From NCBI GenBank assembly GCA_010015585.1, contig ML975159.1: DNA of 64,000 bases, one strand, 5' to 3'. The notes beneath the pieces were generated by a model. That model did not search any database. It saw only the letters and a list, made by a program, of their open reading frames with translations, and was not told the DNA's origin. The DNA comes from Eremomyces bilateralis CBS 781.70 (taxonomy: Eukaryota). The translations under genes were made by a program, and so were the position numbers. Of this stretch, positions 13,588 through 25,439 are shown piece after piece; position 1 is the stretch's first letter, and each line of letters opens with the position of its first letter.

Positions 13588-14824
13588 GGGCAGAATATGC
13601 CGATGGGATGAAATGGACATGATAATTTTTCCGGGCGGTGGAGCAAGGGGTGTAGAGGCTTCATTCTGTTTAACTTCGGCCTGATATACTGACAATAGCC
13701 TAATATTAGACAGTTATGGCGCATCTCATCATGGAGACGGGAGACAGATAACGACGAGCATCGGGAGGAACTCACCCTTTGACTGATTAATGAGATGCAC
13801 GTCTTGGCCGGAAATGGGTGCGCACATGTATAGAATTTCGTATAATACTAGGGATTAGGAACTGAAATGACATGATTGAACCTGCGCTTTTCAGTTGTAG
13901 CTGGAGTGTGCCCGGATTCCGCTTTAATACGGTGCCTGGACTAGGTCGAGGCTGATCCGAGGATCTGTCGGTTGGACACATCATTCGATGAGATTGGATG
14001 CTTCACGAGAATATAGATTGGAATCTAGTGGATAAATTTATACGAAATACTCTGCACAGAATATCCAATCCTAACTCCATATCGAACCAGTTGCGATGGA
14101 ATTGCGGGAAGGATAAAATAAGCATTGCCAAAGCTTTATTTGCAATCTAACTACTATCCAAGACTTCGTGTCTCGGAAGTCGGAACTACCACTTTACTAA
14201 CTATAACTACCATAACTACCTTGAGCCAATCTACCACTAACTATTATGGTTCTTCTGCCGTACATGTAATCATAGAGGACTACAATTACCCAACCTTACT
14301 ACCAGACTCATTACAATTCGCCCCTCTCAATACTCATACCATCACTGCACAAGGTATCCTTACCTTACGGTACTCGTAGTCTCGCTTACTTTCGTCCTCC
14401 CGCCGACGATCCGGCAGCTTGCGAGACAGCGATCGACCTTCCACATCTTCCAAGTTTTTGTCCGTATGGACACGACCTAAGGCTGCTCTAAGCTCCGTGA
14501 AGCTTAGCCGGACGCCGCTTCGGGTGAAGCCATGCATGGCTCTGCTCATGTCCCGCCTCTCGTATTTCGTGTGCTGATTCTCCGCCCCATGATTGGGTGA
14601 TCCTTGCGGAGGCATCCAACGTGCATGTGGAGAACTATTGGAAAACCGTCATTTTATGTCAACGGTGTGGAAGAGCTTGGGGTAGCAGTGCAGAGGTTTT
14701 AGGAAGGAACGGGATCGGTTAAAATGATCATGGCGGCACCTCGTCGCCTGGTTGAAGGTCGCACCGTTTTTCTTGCTCTGGTGCTTATTAATGTGAGGTT
14801 TATTCGTCAATCGATACCTTCGCG

Positions 14825-17038
14825 ATGCTATTCACAAGGCTGCTGGGCTTCGCAGCCGTCGCGAGTGCGGCATGGTCGGGGAACCTGAACTACCGGTCAC
14901 CATCGCACCGTAATCATCAAGGAAATCGTCGCCAACGTTCCGTCGCTAACGATTAAGCAGACCACCCGGGGCTGGGGATCGCTATCCATAAAGTTGTGAA
15001 GCGATCAGATATATCGAGCCCATTCGATCCGGCGAAGTTAAACTTCACCCATGGCGTTGCCTCTGGCGATCCATACCCGGAGAGTATCATCCTCTGGACA
15101 AGGGTTGCTCCGACGATGGATAATGACAAGTCCAACGTCACAGTCACCGGATTTGTGCCGCTCTATAATCATGATACGGATGAATATGTCGCCTTGTCCA
15201 AGTCGCCTGTCTGCGTTGACTGGGCGGTGTACGTGGACAAGGAGTTGCGCCGCGCAGTGACCCATGGCACAGCGTACACGAGCTCCGACATTGATTATAC
15301 CGTCAAAGTTGAAGCAGACGGACTCAGCCCATATACGACATACCATTACCAGTTCGCAGTGTGCGGATCAAGTAATTCCTCACCAGTTGGGCGCTTTAAA
15401 ACAACCCCACGGAAGGACGACAAGGTAAATTCTGGGTCAATTGCAGTCTTTTCATGCGCCAACCACCCCTTCGGGTTCTTCAATGCCTACGGGAACGTTG
15501 CGCGAAAAGATTCGGTTGACTGGGTCGTCCATCTTGGAGACTATGTGTATGAATATAAAGAGGGCGACTATGGCTGGGGATGGGCAATAGGCCGAGCCCA
15601 CCAGCCCAATAAGGAGGCATACTCTCTGTACGATTACCGTCGCCGGTATGTCGTTCCTTATCTCACCAGTCTCTTGGCTTCTAACGTGTTAGACACGCTC
15701 AATACAAGTCCGACCTAGATCTCCAGCATAATCACCGGCAGTTTGCCTGGATTCCCGTCTGGGATGATCATGAGGTTGGGGACAATCAATATCGCGATGG
15801 CTCCTCCTTACTCAATAATACCGAGGACTCCTTCATCAAAGATGGCGGAGTCAGCGTCGACCAGCGCAAGATGAACGCCGTGCGAGCATACTTTGAGTGG
15901 ATGCCTATACGTCAAGTCGACATGGACGACAACCTTCGGATTTGGAGGTCGTTCTCGATTGGCTCACTGTTCGATCTGATCATGCTTGATACGAGGCAAT
16001 ATGACCGATCAATCACCGATCTGTGAGTACATGCCAAACATGTGGCACTGATGGAGCCTAATGGAAACAGGTACTGGAACACGGACTACGTGCATGCAAT
16101 TTCCAATGACGCTGGCAGGAGCTTGATGGGATCAAGGCAGGAAAACTGGTTCTATAACCAGTTAATCAAGTCGAACAAGCGCGGTGCTATCTGGAGAATC
16201 ATTGGCAGCCAACTCGGTAATTGCCCGCCTAAGGACGCGCCAGAAAGCTCTGACAAACGATAGTCTTTTCCCGGTTGAATGCGAGCCTAGCTCTAGGACC
16301 TGAGAACCCATTCAACTACGACGGATGGGATGGGTATGTGTCGAACAGAAACCGAACCTTCAACGTGTAAGCACTCATACCCGTCTGGGATCGTTTCTAT
16401 GCTAACGCGCGAAGTCTATACGAGAACAACATCGGCAACAATATCATGCTCGCGGGCGACATCCACTCTACCTTCGTGAGCGACTTGAACTGGTATGGCA
16501 ATAAGCCGTACAACCCAGAGACCGGCGAAGGGTCAATCGGTGTTGAGTTTGGAGGCTCTGCAGTTACCAGTCCTAGCCCGTTAGGCCCGAATCTTACGTA
16601 TGAAAGGGATCTGTTTTTGATCGATGGATTTATTCTGACGACCTGCAGCTTTGCCCAAGGCCAGTTCGCAAGCGAATGGGTTGTCGGCAATAATCCAACC
16701 TTGCAGTTCAGCGACATTTATTATCGAGGGTACTATGAGTTGCATATCACGGTATGCCCCCTAGATTTGCTTTCCGAAATGCGGATGCACCAGTCAAATA
16801 CTAACTACCTTCATAGCATCAAGAAGTCAACGCCAAATATTTCGGCATGCCCTCCATTTTAACTCGCAACCCGTACGAAGTTCCTTTCGCCAACTTCACC
16901 GTTAAGAACGGCGAGAACAAGCTCAGCCGACCACTAAGCGGCGGAACGGTTTTCAATGGTGCACTGAAGAACAAGCAGACAACGCAGACCAACATGACGC
17001 ACAATACCGAGGACAATTCCTGGTTCATCTCAAACTGA
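14825..17038 (+). CDS. phoD: Secreted alkaline phosphatase D (PhoD family), multi-exon
   Basis: Signal peptide MLFTRLLGFAAVASA. Motifs FTHGVASGDP, VHLGDYVYE, WDDHE, MLDTRQYDR, DGWDGY, MLAGDIHS. Confidence 0.93.
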
Positions 17039-17312
17039 TGCGGCTTCATGGTGCTATAGAATTTAGTATTGGTGAATGCGAACGAAGACTAATTAATAGG
17101 TAGAGCGATTAATGCTTAATGCAAATAATGACTTACATATTGTGCGGACAATATCATATTGACATGATAGACAGTCACTAAGAACGCTGAAGGTCGCTAC
17201 CGCTCATCTTCCGATAGCGGCATGGAAGACATTAAAAACTAAACATGAAGAACCCAAATCATCACATCCCAAGGTATCATATCCCAGATTATCATATCCC
17301 ATTTCCATACAG

Positions 17313-18386
17313 CTATAGCCACATCATCAAAATCGCTGGAATCAGAATGAATGCCCCCAACGCAACCCAACTCCTCATAACCGACCGACCCAACACTCAA
17401 GCCTACACAGGATACTGGTCCGAATCCACCATTACCTCTACCACCACCACCAGTCGAAACAGCGGTGAATCCGGATGTCGTGCGGCTAGCGAGACTAGAA
17501 AGGGATGTCGCGGAAGTGGGAGCCGACCAGGTGAGTGATGCCGATATGTCTGCGAAACTTCTCTCTGCTGCGGCCAATGACATGGCTTGAACGGTAATTG
17601 TGGTGGTTAAGGTGTCCCTGCTTGAGGTGACGGTCGATGCGGAGAGGGAAATCACGTAGGTCCAGTAGTAGGAGTAATACCACCTATCCCACCGTTAGCA
17701 GACTGTTCTAGCACCTCAGGCGCATCACAGCGCGGAGAGAACTACATACCATGTATAATACGTGGTGTAAGGCCTCAACTGCGTCGTCGTCACTCCATTC
17801 TCGCCGACGTACGCGGTACGTGCAACACACTATCCGGTTGCTGGACGCGAGGCGCACGCAGATTTTGCCCGGGTTACAGTTCCGTCCGTCCGAGCAGCAA
17901 TCCCCATCGTTCGGGTAGCAGGTACCGGTGCTGCGGCAGGACCAGCCGTCGGGGCAAGGGGAACCGGGGCAGCAGACGCCGCCGGGGGGGAGGCAGTAGC
18001 CGTACTGGCAACATCGGTCGGTGCTGGGGCAGCAGCCGCTGAGGGCTGAGGTCGTTAGTTCATGCTGGAGGAACCGAGGGAAGGGAGAAAAGTTGAGAAA
18101 AGGCGATGATTGGAATTTGAGGGGACATACTGGCGCAGTATCCGTAGCCAGACGGGCAAGTTCGTTGACGCGGTTCAAGGCGCTGTAATGAACGACCCCA
18201 GAGATCCTGCTCTGGCATCGAGTCGTTCGACCATCGTGAATCGGGTGCGAAGTCTGCGATTCCCGCGTCTCGTTTTGCGATGTCGACAGGATGCAGCGGG
18301 ATGAATGATAGGTCCCGCGCATCTAATTGACTGGACACTACCGAGCTCCACTGGAAAAGGATTGATAGAAGCGAGTTCGCTAGCAT
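17313..18386 (-). pseudogene. Cys-rich secreted, probably GPI-anchored cell-surface protein with two apparent frameshifts
   Basis: Signal peptide MLANSLLSILFQ, CC-rich repeats (GCCP..RCC..VCC..DCC..VCC), YYTW|WYYSYYW motif across an intron, Ser/Thr stalk. The hydrophobic tail RSWVALGAFILIPAILMMWL* is out of frame. Confidence 0.7.
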
Positions 18387-19648
18387 CTTTGGGATAGAGA
18401 CTTGTGACCATTTCAAAATAAGACGAGACTCAGAGAACGCGTTGAAATGATGCGATGGACTAGCTATAATGCAAATCCTCATGAACGACAAGAAAATCGT
18501 CAAACCTTTCTACCTCTTCATAATTGCGGCGGCTGGAGATACTTTATCCAACGCCCTCAGCCTTGTGGAAATTCCTCCCCGGTGTATTGACTGCGCTAAT
18601 TATGAGGAGCTTCGCGATGCGACGCAAGATCCGCATCCACAGATGCAGAAAACTGGATAAACGGATGCCACCTTCACACCAACGTGCAACTTGCAACTGC
18701 ATGATCACAAATGCTTCTCAGCTTCACTGTAATGAGAATGCTGTCTGCCTCGCGCCACGACGCCACCTGCCCTTGGCAGCCGTTCGAATGGTTTCTCCGC
18801 CTTTTCCTGCGCAATTGTGAGTTGTTAGGAGAGGTGAGCCAAGAACGAGGAAGTAACAGTTGGTCGAGAGAAATACGAGGTTGGTAAAATAGTGAAAGAA
18901 CATGAAGATGGGAACTTTGATATCCAGGTGCTATGCCACTGGTGCATGGGATTGTCCGACTCCCGATCTCTGCCAAATTGCGGGGCGAGTTGGGGGACGA
19001 ACTTCTGGTCTAATCTGATTCACCAATCATTGATATTGATGTTTAATGCCTAGATTCTGTAGTGCAGTGCCAGACTTCCAGTCCGGAGTACTCCAAGCGG
19101 GGATGAATGACACCAACGCCGAGTGCAACAGTCCATAGCGTTCAGCGTTAATCTTGATGGCAGAGCGACGCGAATTCGAATGGTCCCTTGGACATCTCTC
19201 CTCCTGACATCCAATGCCTCTCGCCTCGATCCGTCCGAGCCAGCGATTCTGATATAAGACATAGCACCGTCATTGGGCACTTCATTTCAAGGATTTCAAA
19301 TTCGATTCGTTAGAGGTATCCAGGCATCGTATCAGCTCGCGCTATGCAAAATGTATCCCACGGTTGCCTCTCCGTTCGCCGAGTATGCGGGTATACATGC
19401 ACAAGGTAAAAAAACATACAGAAAGAGCAAGGAAAACTGATCAGGTATAGCTCTAAGAAACGTAAGGGTCTATTCGCGATGCGGTGAGATCGAACACTAG
19501 TAAACTTTCTATCGTTGCGTTGGTGTGATTGAATGGTGCCAAGGATGGAGAATTCGATTGATGAGGATTCGTGGCCGACAAAGTCGATATTGACGGTCAT
19601 TTCTTGCTCCACTTGAGACATCCAAACACCAGTTGTCCGCCGACCACA

Positions 19649-21613
19649 TTAAATCATCCGCTTGGCCCTCGCGTAGAGCAATCCTGAGATCACGAACGCC
19701 ATGATAATCCCCAGGATCCCAAAGAACCACCCCAAGGTCCCGACCCCTTCCGGCTGCCCCGGCACCCTTACATTCATCCCAAACAGGCCAGTCACGATGT
19801 TCAACGGAACGATGATCGTCGCCAGCACCGTGACCTTGCTCAGGTTCTCGTTCACTCGGTTGCCCTGCGTCAAGCTGTCCAGCGAAATCTGCGCGATGTA
19901 GTTCGAGTGGCTGCGGCCCAGGATCTTCTCGAAGTGCGTCAGGTTGCTCATCATCGTCACCACGTGGTCCTGGATGTCGCTGAGGTACATCCCCACGTCG
20001 CCGCGGGGCGCCACCGCGTATTGGTCGTTGCACCGCTTGGCGAACCCCTTGATCACGTCCGCTTTCCCGCCGAGGAGTCGGATGAGCGACATAACTTTCT
20101 TGCGGCAGTCGCCGATGGCGCGTAACATCTCGCGGCCGTCGTCTTCACGGACGATCAGCACCTCGTCTTCGATGCGGTCGGTCTCGACCTCGATTTCGTG
20201 GATGACGGGGGCGAAGGAGTCGACGATGTCGTCGATGAGGGCGTAGCAAACCCAGTCGGAGCCGAGTTGGAGGTAATCGCGTAGCTTGCTGATGCGGGAG
20301 CGGACATTGCTGGCGTGCGGATTGGCGGTGTAACTAAAGGTCAGCAGGCCCTCGCGGAAGACCACGGCGTAGATGTTGACGGGCTCCATGTACTCCTCGG
20401 ACTCCTTGTCGAGCGAGAAAAACGAGCGGAAGGCTAGGAAGTAGTACGCCCGAAACAGCTCGACCTTCTCGCGAGATTCTTGCGTGACAATGTCCTCTCG
20501 CGTCAAGGGATGGACCCCGAAGGCTTTACAGATGGCATGCACAGCATCCCTGGGTGGGTTCAGCATGTCGAGCCAGTACACTCCACCAGTCTGGAGGGGG
20601 GGCTCGAAAAGGTCGATCACACGCTCGCCCTCAGCAAGGAGACCGCCGAATGTTGAAGCGTGGATCGTGTCATCGGACTCGGAACTAAACAAGGTGAACC
20701 GGGAAGCTGGAGCAATGGTCGCTGGCACGGCATGCGGCTGCGCAGGGGTAGGCTGGTCGACTTCCGAGTCGGAGACGATTTTCTCCTCAATCTCGCCTCC
20801 GGTGGATCCACCACGTGTTGTCTGGCGCTCAAGAAGATTTGCCTCTGCTTGGGCTGCTTGGCGAGCTGCCTCAGCGCGGCGTTCTTCCTCTTCTTGGGCT
20901 GCTTCGACGATATACTCCTCGAGCTCTTCATAATCAATTCGGAAAGTTTTCCCAACATCCTCCTGCGGATAGCAGACATCCTCCTCGATGGAACTGCGAA
21001 CAGATTCTTCGTCATCGTTTCCGCGAGGGATTGTCCCATTACCCTCCTCAACGCTATGTCCGTCGGTAAACGTTGCCTTGCGGCGGTGAGAAGCGCCAGA
21101 AATAGATCGCTGGATCTCAAGTTCTTGATCAGGCGCAATCTGGCTGGTGATGGTACCAGTCCGCTCGCGACGACGGGGATCAGCGAATGCGTTCACTGAG
21201 TTGGGAGGAGACTCAGAGAGGGTTGTTGCGGAGCTCCGACGGGATGGAATTGAAGCCGTTCCTCCTTGCTCACGCGGAGTGCGCCTGAAGGTGCCACGGC
21301 GGGTCATTCGAGGGCTCACTGGCGAGTTCCAATCCATTAAAACACCGTGTCCACTTTGTCCATCGTCGATGATCGCCTGTTCATTTAGCCCAGCTACCCC
21401 GAGGTGTGACGCATCGGCGAAGAGTTCAGGACGTTCGAGCCGAAGACTAGCGAGGGTACCACGGCGAGTGGTTTGGAATGGAGCACTGCCACTCGCTGGG
21501 GGAGGATCGATTCGCGGGAGTGAGGACGGCTGACGTCGATGATCATCTAGTTCAGAAACAGGAGTGCTGTATCGGGTCGTGTCGAACCTCTCGGTACGCG
21601 GTGAGTCCGACAT
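19649..21613 (-). CDS. CorA-family Mg2+ transporter (Alr1/Alr2-like)
   Basis: 654 aa ORF with FGVHPLTREDI, YALIDDIVDSF, GLFGMNV (GMN motif) and two C-terminal TM helices. Confidence 0.92.
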   Translation of the reverse strand: MSDSPRTERFDTTRYSTPVSELDDHRRQPSSLPRIDPPPASGSAPFQTTRRGTLASLRLERPELFADASHLGVAGLNEQAIIDDGQSGHGVLMDWNSPVSPRMTRRGTFRRTPREQGGTASIPSRRSSATTLSESPPNSVNAFADPRRRERTGTITSQIAPDQELEIQRSISGASHRRKATFTDGHSVEEGNGTIPRGNDDEESVRSSIEEDVCYPQEDVGKTFRIDYEELEEYIVEAAQEEEERRAEAARQAAQAEANLLERQTTRGGSTGGEIEEKIVSDSEVDQPTPAQPHAVPATIAPASRFTLFSSESDDTIHASTFGGLLAEGERVIDLFEPPLQTGGVYWLDMLNPPRDAVHAICKAFGVHPLTREDIVTQESREKVELFRAYYFLAFRSFFSLDKESEEYMEPVNIYAVVFREGLLTFSYTANPHASNVRSRISKLRDYLQLGSDWVCYALIDDIVDSFAPVIHEIEVETDRIEDEVLIVREDDGREMLRAIGDCRKKVMSLIRLLGGKADVIKGFAKRCNDQYAVAPRGDVGMYLSDIQDHVVTMMSNLTHFEKILGRSHSNYIAQISLDSLTQGNRVNENLSKVTVLATIIVPLNIVTGLFGMNVRVPGQPEGVGTLGWFFGILGIIMAFVISGLLYARAKRMI

Positions 21614-23252
21614 CTTGTCTGTCTAATATCGTGATCTACGACCACAAAGAGTCAACGTTGTTTGTGTCGGGGATTGAGCGCGGATGCATACCTAAGCCTT
21701 GATGTGGCCAAACTATCAACTCTTCTTTCTACGTCTTCCTCAACCGAATATGGTCGATAATTCGACTGGTCGTCGGTGAGCCGCTATGGGCGCGCTCACC
21801 TCGTAAAGACGGTCAACTTGTACGATTGGCTTCGCGTAGGGAACACACCCTACACTCAGCCTTGGGGAAAGGATTCCGTGCACGTATTTGTGCCTCCTCA
21901 ATTATTCACCAACCACGCACCTCACCGGTCCATCAACGGTCACGGCCGTTCAATGCTGCGGCAGTGAATGAACTTCGGTTCTTCAGCGCAAGCTAGGGAG
22001 GCAGAATGTCGCCTCCAAATACCCAGCTTGTTGGGCCGAGTAGAGGACGGATGAAGGAGAACTTGGAGAGAATGATGCCCGCCAACTTGATGGTTATCGA
22101 GGATTAGACGCTGAGGGCGCCAAGTCGCTGGTAATCGATGAAGGGAGGTTCGGGAGAGACTTTTCTCGATGTGCGCGCAGTAGCGAAGCCGTATCGCTTC
22201 TCGACTATCGGATTGGAGTTTGACAATGGGATAATGATGTGGATGCCGAAAAAAGGCGGCAAGTGTCAGGTATTCGCCCTATCCTGCAGTGTGGGATGGT
22301 TTGCTGCAATAGACCATAGAATTCGATGGATTTTCCACAATTGAAATTGCCCTCAAGGACTGGGTGTCTGGTGAATGGAAGAATTCGGGAGGAATAAAAG
22401 AACAGACGATGCCCGGGACATGGAGTGATGGGATTGTCGGCTTTCTTGGAGTCAGGTGCGAGGTTGAAAAACCTCGATGCTTATTGGTCCGGTTCAATTT
22501 CGGGTAAATCTTTTGGAAATTTTGCACTTAACCGGAATATGCCGTGATTACCTAAACTCCACCTAGATTGATATTACGATATCTGGATTGGGATGGAGTA
22601 TCCTGCAATCTGCATCAATATCAAGTTGGTTTTTTGATTACATTTGGAAGGCTAGACCCTTGAAGCGACTCAGATACTAATAATACGATTTTGGTGCCAT
22701 CTAATTGCCGGTTTCCGACTTTTCGAACCCTCTCCTATCGACGGCTGAGTGCTGACAACTTGCATTAGGAAGATGACAACAATATTCATTACATGCATAT
22801 CCAATCATGACCCTGTCGAAGTCGGAAATCGCGCCTGTCAGATCATTTATTGGGTCGAAAGTACGATTATCAATTGGGCAATATCCTATGGGCTGAAAAG
22901 TTCGAGAATCAGCAGCATCCCACAAACCGGGTGTCAAGTGCTAGTCGGGTGCGCGGTTGCACAAAGAGATACACTCAGCAGGTGCCAGGGCGAACGTGAG
23001 CCTAGGATTCGAAGAGAACCAAGATCACCCTAAGTTAGAGAGATGACCCTTGACGTTTAGATTCCTATTCGTGAGATGCGTTGAGATCGCCTAACAATGA
23101 TCAGTAGCCCAGGATCCATTTCGGAACGCTTGATGCTCCACCCAAGAACCAAATCCCACGCAGAGAGAGAAGGTACGAATGGTATTGAAATTTGAAACCA
23201 TCCTCTCCGTACCTATGCAGCATATGTCTGCTAGAGGACACGCGCATAAAAT

Positions 23253-24281
23253 TCATAGCCTGGACAGGCTAAGTTTCGTGCCGCCACCAAGGACCATCTC
23301 ACCCATTACTCCAAAATGGTCACTTGCCCACTCCAACGCGTCCTGCTCCCGCATCTGCTTCACAATCTCCGGGTCCTCCACTTTCACGCCCATTCCAATC
23401 CTCCGGAATGACCTCGGCGTCACATCGCCACAATAGAGGATCTTGTCCATCCGGCTTGAACCAAACCTTTGTTTCATCCACTCAGGCACCTGGATTCCCC
23501 AGGTATATCCATCATCTGAATCCTCTCGGCCACCGAACTCGAGATAGACGTCTTTCAATCCGTTCTCGGAGTGCAGCGTCCTATCGAACGGCTCGATGGC
23601 GTTCAGATCGCCAGCCAGCACCGCCGCAAGGACATTGGGCTTCTGCATCCATTCCGCCGCGTCTTGTAGCTGCCCGGGTCGCACGGGAGGATCTGCCACC
23701 AGGGATTCTAGATGCGTGTTACAGAGGCGCACCGCATGGCCTGCAGGGGAACCATCGTCGCTCGATACGCCGATGTCGACGAAGAGACCGTCTCTTTCGA
23801 ACTTGGTCACCCATGGGACGCGAAACACGGTCTGAATCTGGAGACGGCGGTCAACCAGCGTAGTCGTACCATAATACGGACTTTGCCAATTGCTATTGCT
23901 GGCGTCGGTCATGTAGAACCGCGACTGGATCCATGGAGTAGATTGGAGTTGCTGGATATCGGAGCTGTCCATCTCTTGGAAAAAGATGACAGCTAGACTA
24001 TCGCCGATGGTTGATAACAGTGCTTCGAGATGATCAATCGCGACGTGCATTCGTGGTTCACCAAAGGGGACCAGGACGTCAATATTCCAAGATAGCAAAT
24101 AAAACGACGAGAACCGAGATCCAGCTTCAAGGTGGGGAGTATTAACGACTTCCCTCCAGGCATTGTCTAGGAATCGGTAATACGGCTGAAGTCTAGGCTT
24201 GTACGCTTCTGGATCGCCGCGGGTTGGTGGTGGTTCAGCCATTTTAGCGGCGAGCATAGCTTGCATCTCTTTCGTATCCAT
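23253..24281 (-). CDS. Endonuclease/exonuclease/phosphatase (EEP) family protein, TDP2-like
   Basis: Motifs LSWNID, FFQE, NTHLESL, LAGDLN, YTW, RMDKIL, SDHFG. First ATG (MDTK) at 24281. Confidence 0.88.
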   Translation of the reverse strand: MDTKEMQAMLAAKMAEPPPTRGDPEAYKPRLQPYYRFLDNAWREVVNTPHLEAGSRFSSFYLLSWNIDVLVPFGEPRMHVAIDHLEALLSTIGDSLAVIFFQEMDSSDIQQLQSTPWIQSRFYMTDASNSNWQSPYYGTTTLVDRRLQIQTVFRVPWVTKFERDGLFVDIGVSSDDGSPAGHAVRLCNTHLESLVADPPVRPGQLQDAAEWMQKPNVLAAVLAGDLNAIEPFDRTLHSENGLKDVYLEFGGREDSDDGYTWGIQVPEWMKQRFGSSRMDKILYCGDVTPRSFRRIGMGVKVEDPEIVKQMREQDALEWASDHFGVMGEMVLGGGTKLSLSRL

Positions 24282-24410
24282 TTTCGAAGTTAATGATTTT
24301 GACACGGGTAGAATTCTATGAATCGATTGCAGAAGACAAGTGAAATGTAGAGGAACGGTGGTGGAACCGGCAATGGGTTGATATCTAAGATGGATGCTGG
24401 CGACAGCTGC

Positions 24411-24420
24411 CCTATTTATA
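24411..24420 (-). promoter_or_regulatory. TATA box of the EEP gene
   Basis: TATAAATAGG on the minus strand, ~130 bp upstream of the ATG, followed by a CT-rich stretch. Confidence 0.5.
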
Positions 24421-24702
24421 GATAACTACTGCTTTCGGTTACTTTCAAGATGCTATGCTTCCACCTCGGAAACGACGGACATGGGGTGTAATATGCCTCA
24501 CTTAATGCTTAGATTTTTGCGCGTTGGCAAATGAGATTTGTACATAGCAGCTCGATTTTGGAATATTAATTGCCAGATGTAACTTCCCTGTGCGATGGAA
24601 ACCACACCGTGCTTGAACAACTTGGACTGATCATTATCTCATGCTCGATATCATCTCTTCATCATGCCAGTGACATTAGTTGTGTACATAGCGCAGGAGA
24701 GC

Positions 24703-25439
24703 TCAGTCTGCCGCGCTTCTCCAACAGTCACCATCGTAACTAATCGAAGTCAAAATAATGGTCGTGATTACAGCTATAATCCTCATCTTCAAATGTCACC
24801 GAGCGACCAGTCAGAATCTGACTCTACAACTTATTCTGTCCCCTGGACCATCCATCCAAGGTTCTCTATTGTGCTTCTGATATAAGCACTTGGATGCCCC
24901 TCGTACATGACGATAACAATCTCTCGGAGGGACAAAATGGCTCGAAGGTGAGAATCGACAAGCGCTAACGCCTCAACAACAAAACTCGGATTGTCAAGTT
25001 CAGCGAGCCAGCGTGTCGTTGAATATGAGCGGGAAATAGTGGTTGCTAGTGTGCGCAGGTTGGTACTGTCGCTTTGGATCCTCGCGAGGAAGCGAATGCT
25101 CCTCTCATCGAGTGCGACATTATGTTGATCAAGATCGTATAGATCAGGGAAATCGGTAGTGATATGCCGGATCTAGCTTGTATTGGTGCGGCCAATTTGA
25201 TCAAAGAAAGCCACAAGCTGAAACCCGTTCGCGGTGAAGCAATTGTGGGCGTAGAGCAATGAGACGGCTTCGCGATAGATCGTCTTCTTCGCACGAAGGA
25301 GCTCCGGGGTCAGCGGTCGGTATGGTCGTCAGCATCGGTGGGCACAGGTCCAGGGATCGATAACGTCTCGGTCGATCAAAACTAGCATATATATTTTGTT
25401 GCGTAGTTCACCGGGGAGACAGAAGAAGTTGAAAGGCAT
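24703..25439 (-). pseudogene. Pseudogene of a fungal F-box-like 'LPGELRNKIY' hypothetical protein
   Basis: MPFNFFCLPGELRNKIYMLVL...*RPYRPLTPELLRAKKTIYREAVSLLYAHNCF...FFDQIGRTNTS*IRHITTDFP...GW...* in one frame, with stops at 25329-31, 25173-75 and 24831-33. A frameshifted acidic tail ends CWRSAAD*. Confidence 0.75.

Noticed and set aside
14150..14345. ACT/ACC-rich low-complexity stretch
   Set aside because: Degenerate simple sequence with no stable unit, termini or credible coding signal.
17261..17301. Three ATCA(C/T)ATCCCA units with 15-bp period
   Set aside because: Short 3' UTR minisatellite; not CRISPR-like (eukaryote, 4-bp spacers).
22701..23033. Overlapping small ORFs between the CorA and EEP genes
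   Set aside because: Non-ATG starts and no family motifs.
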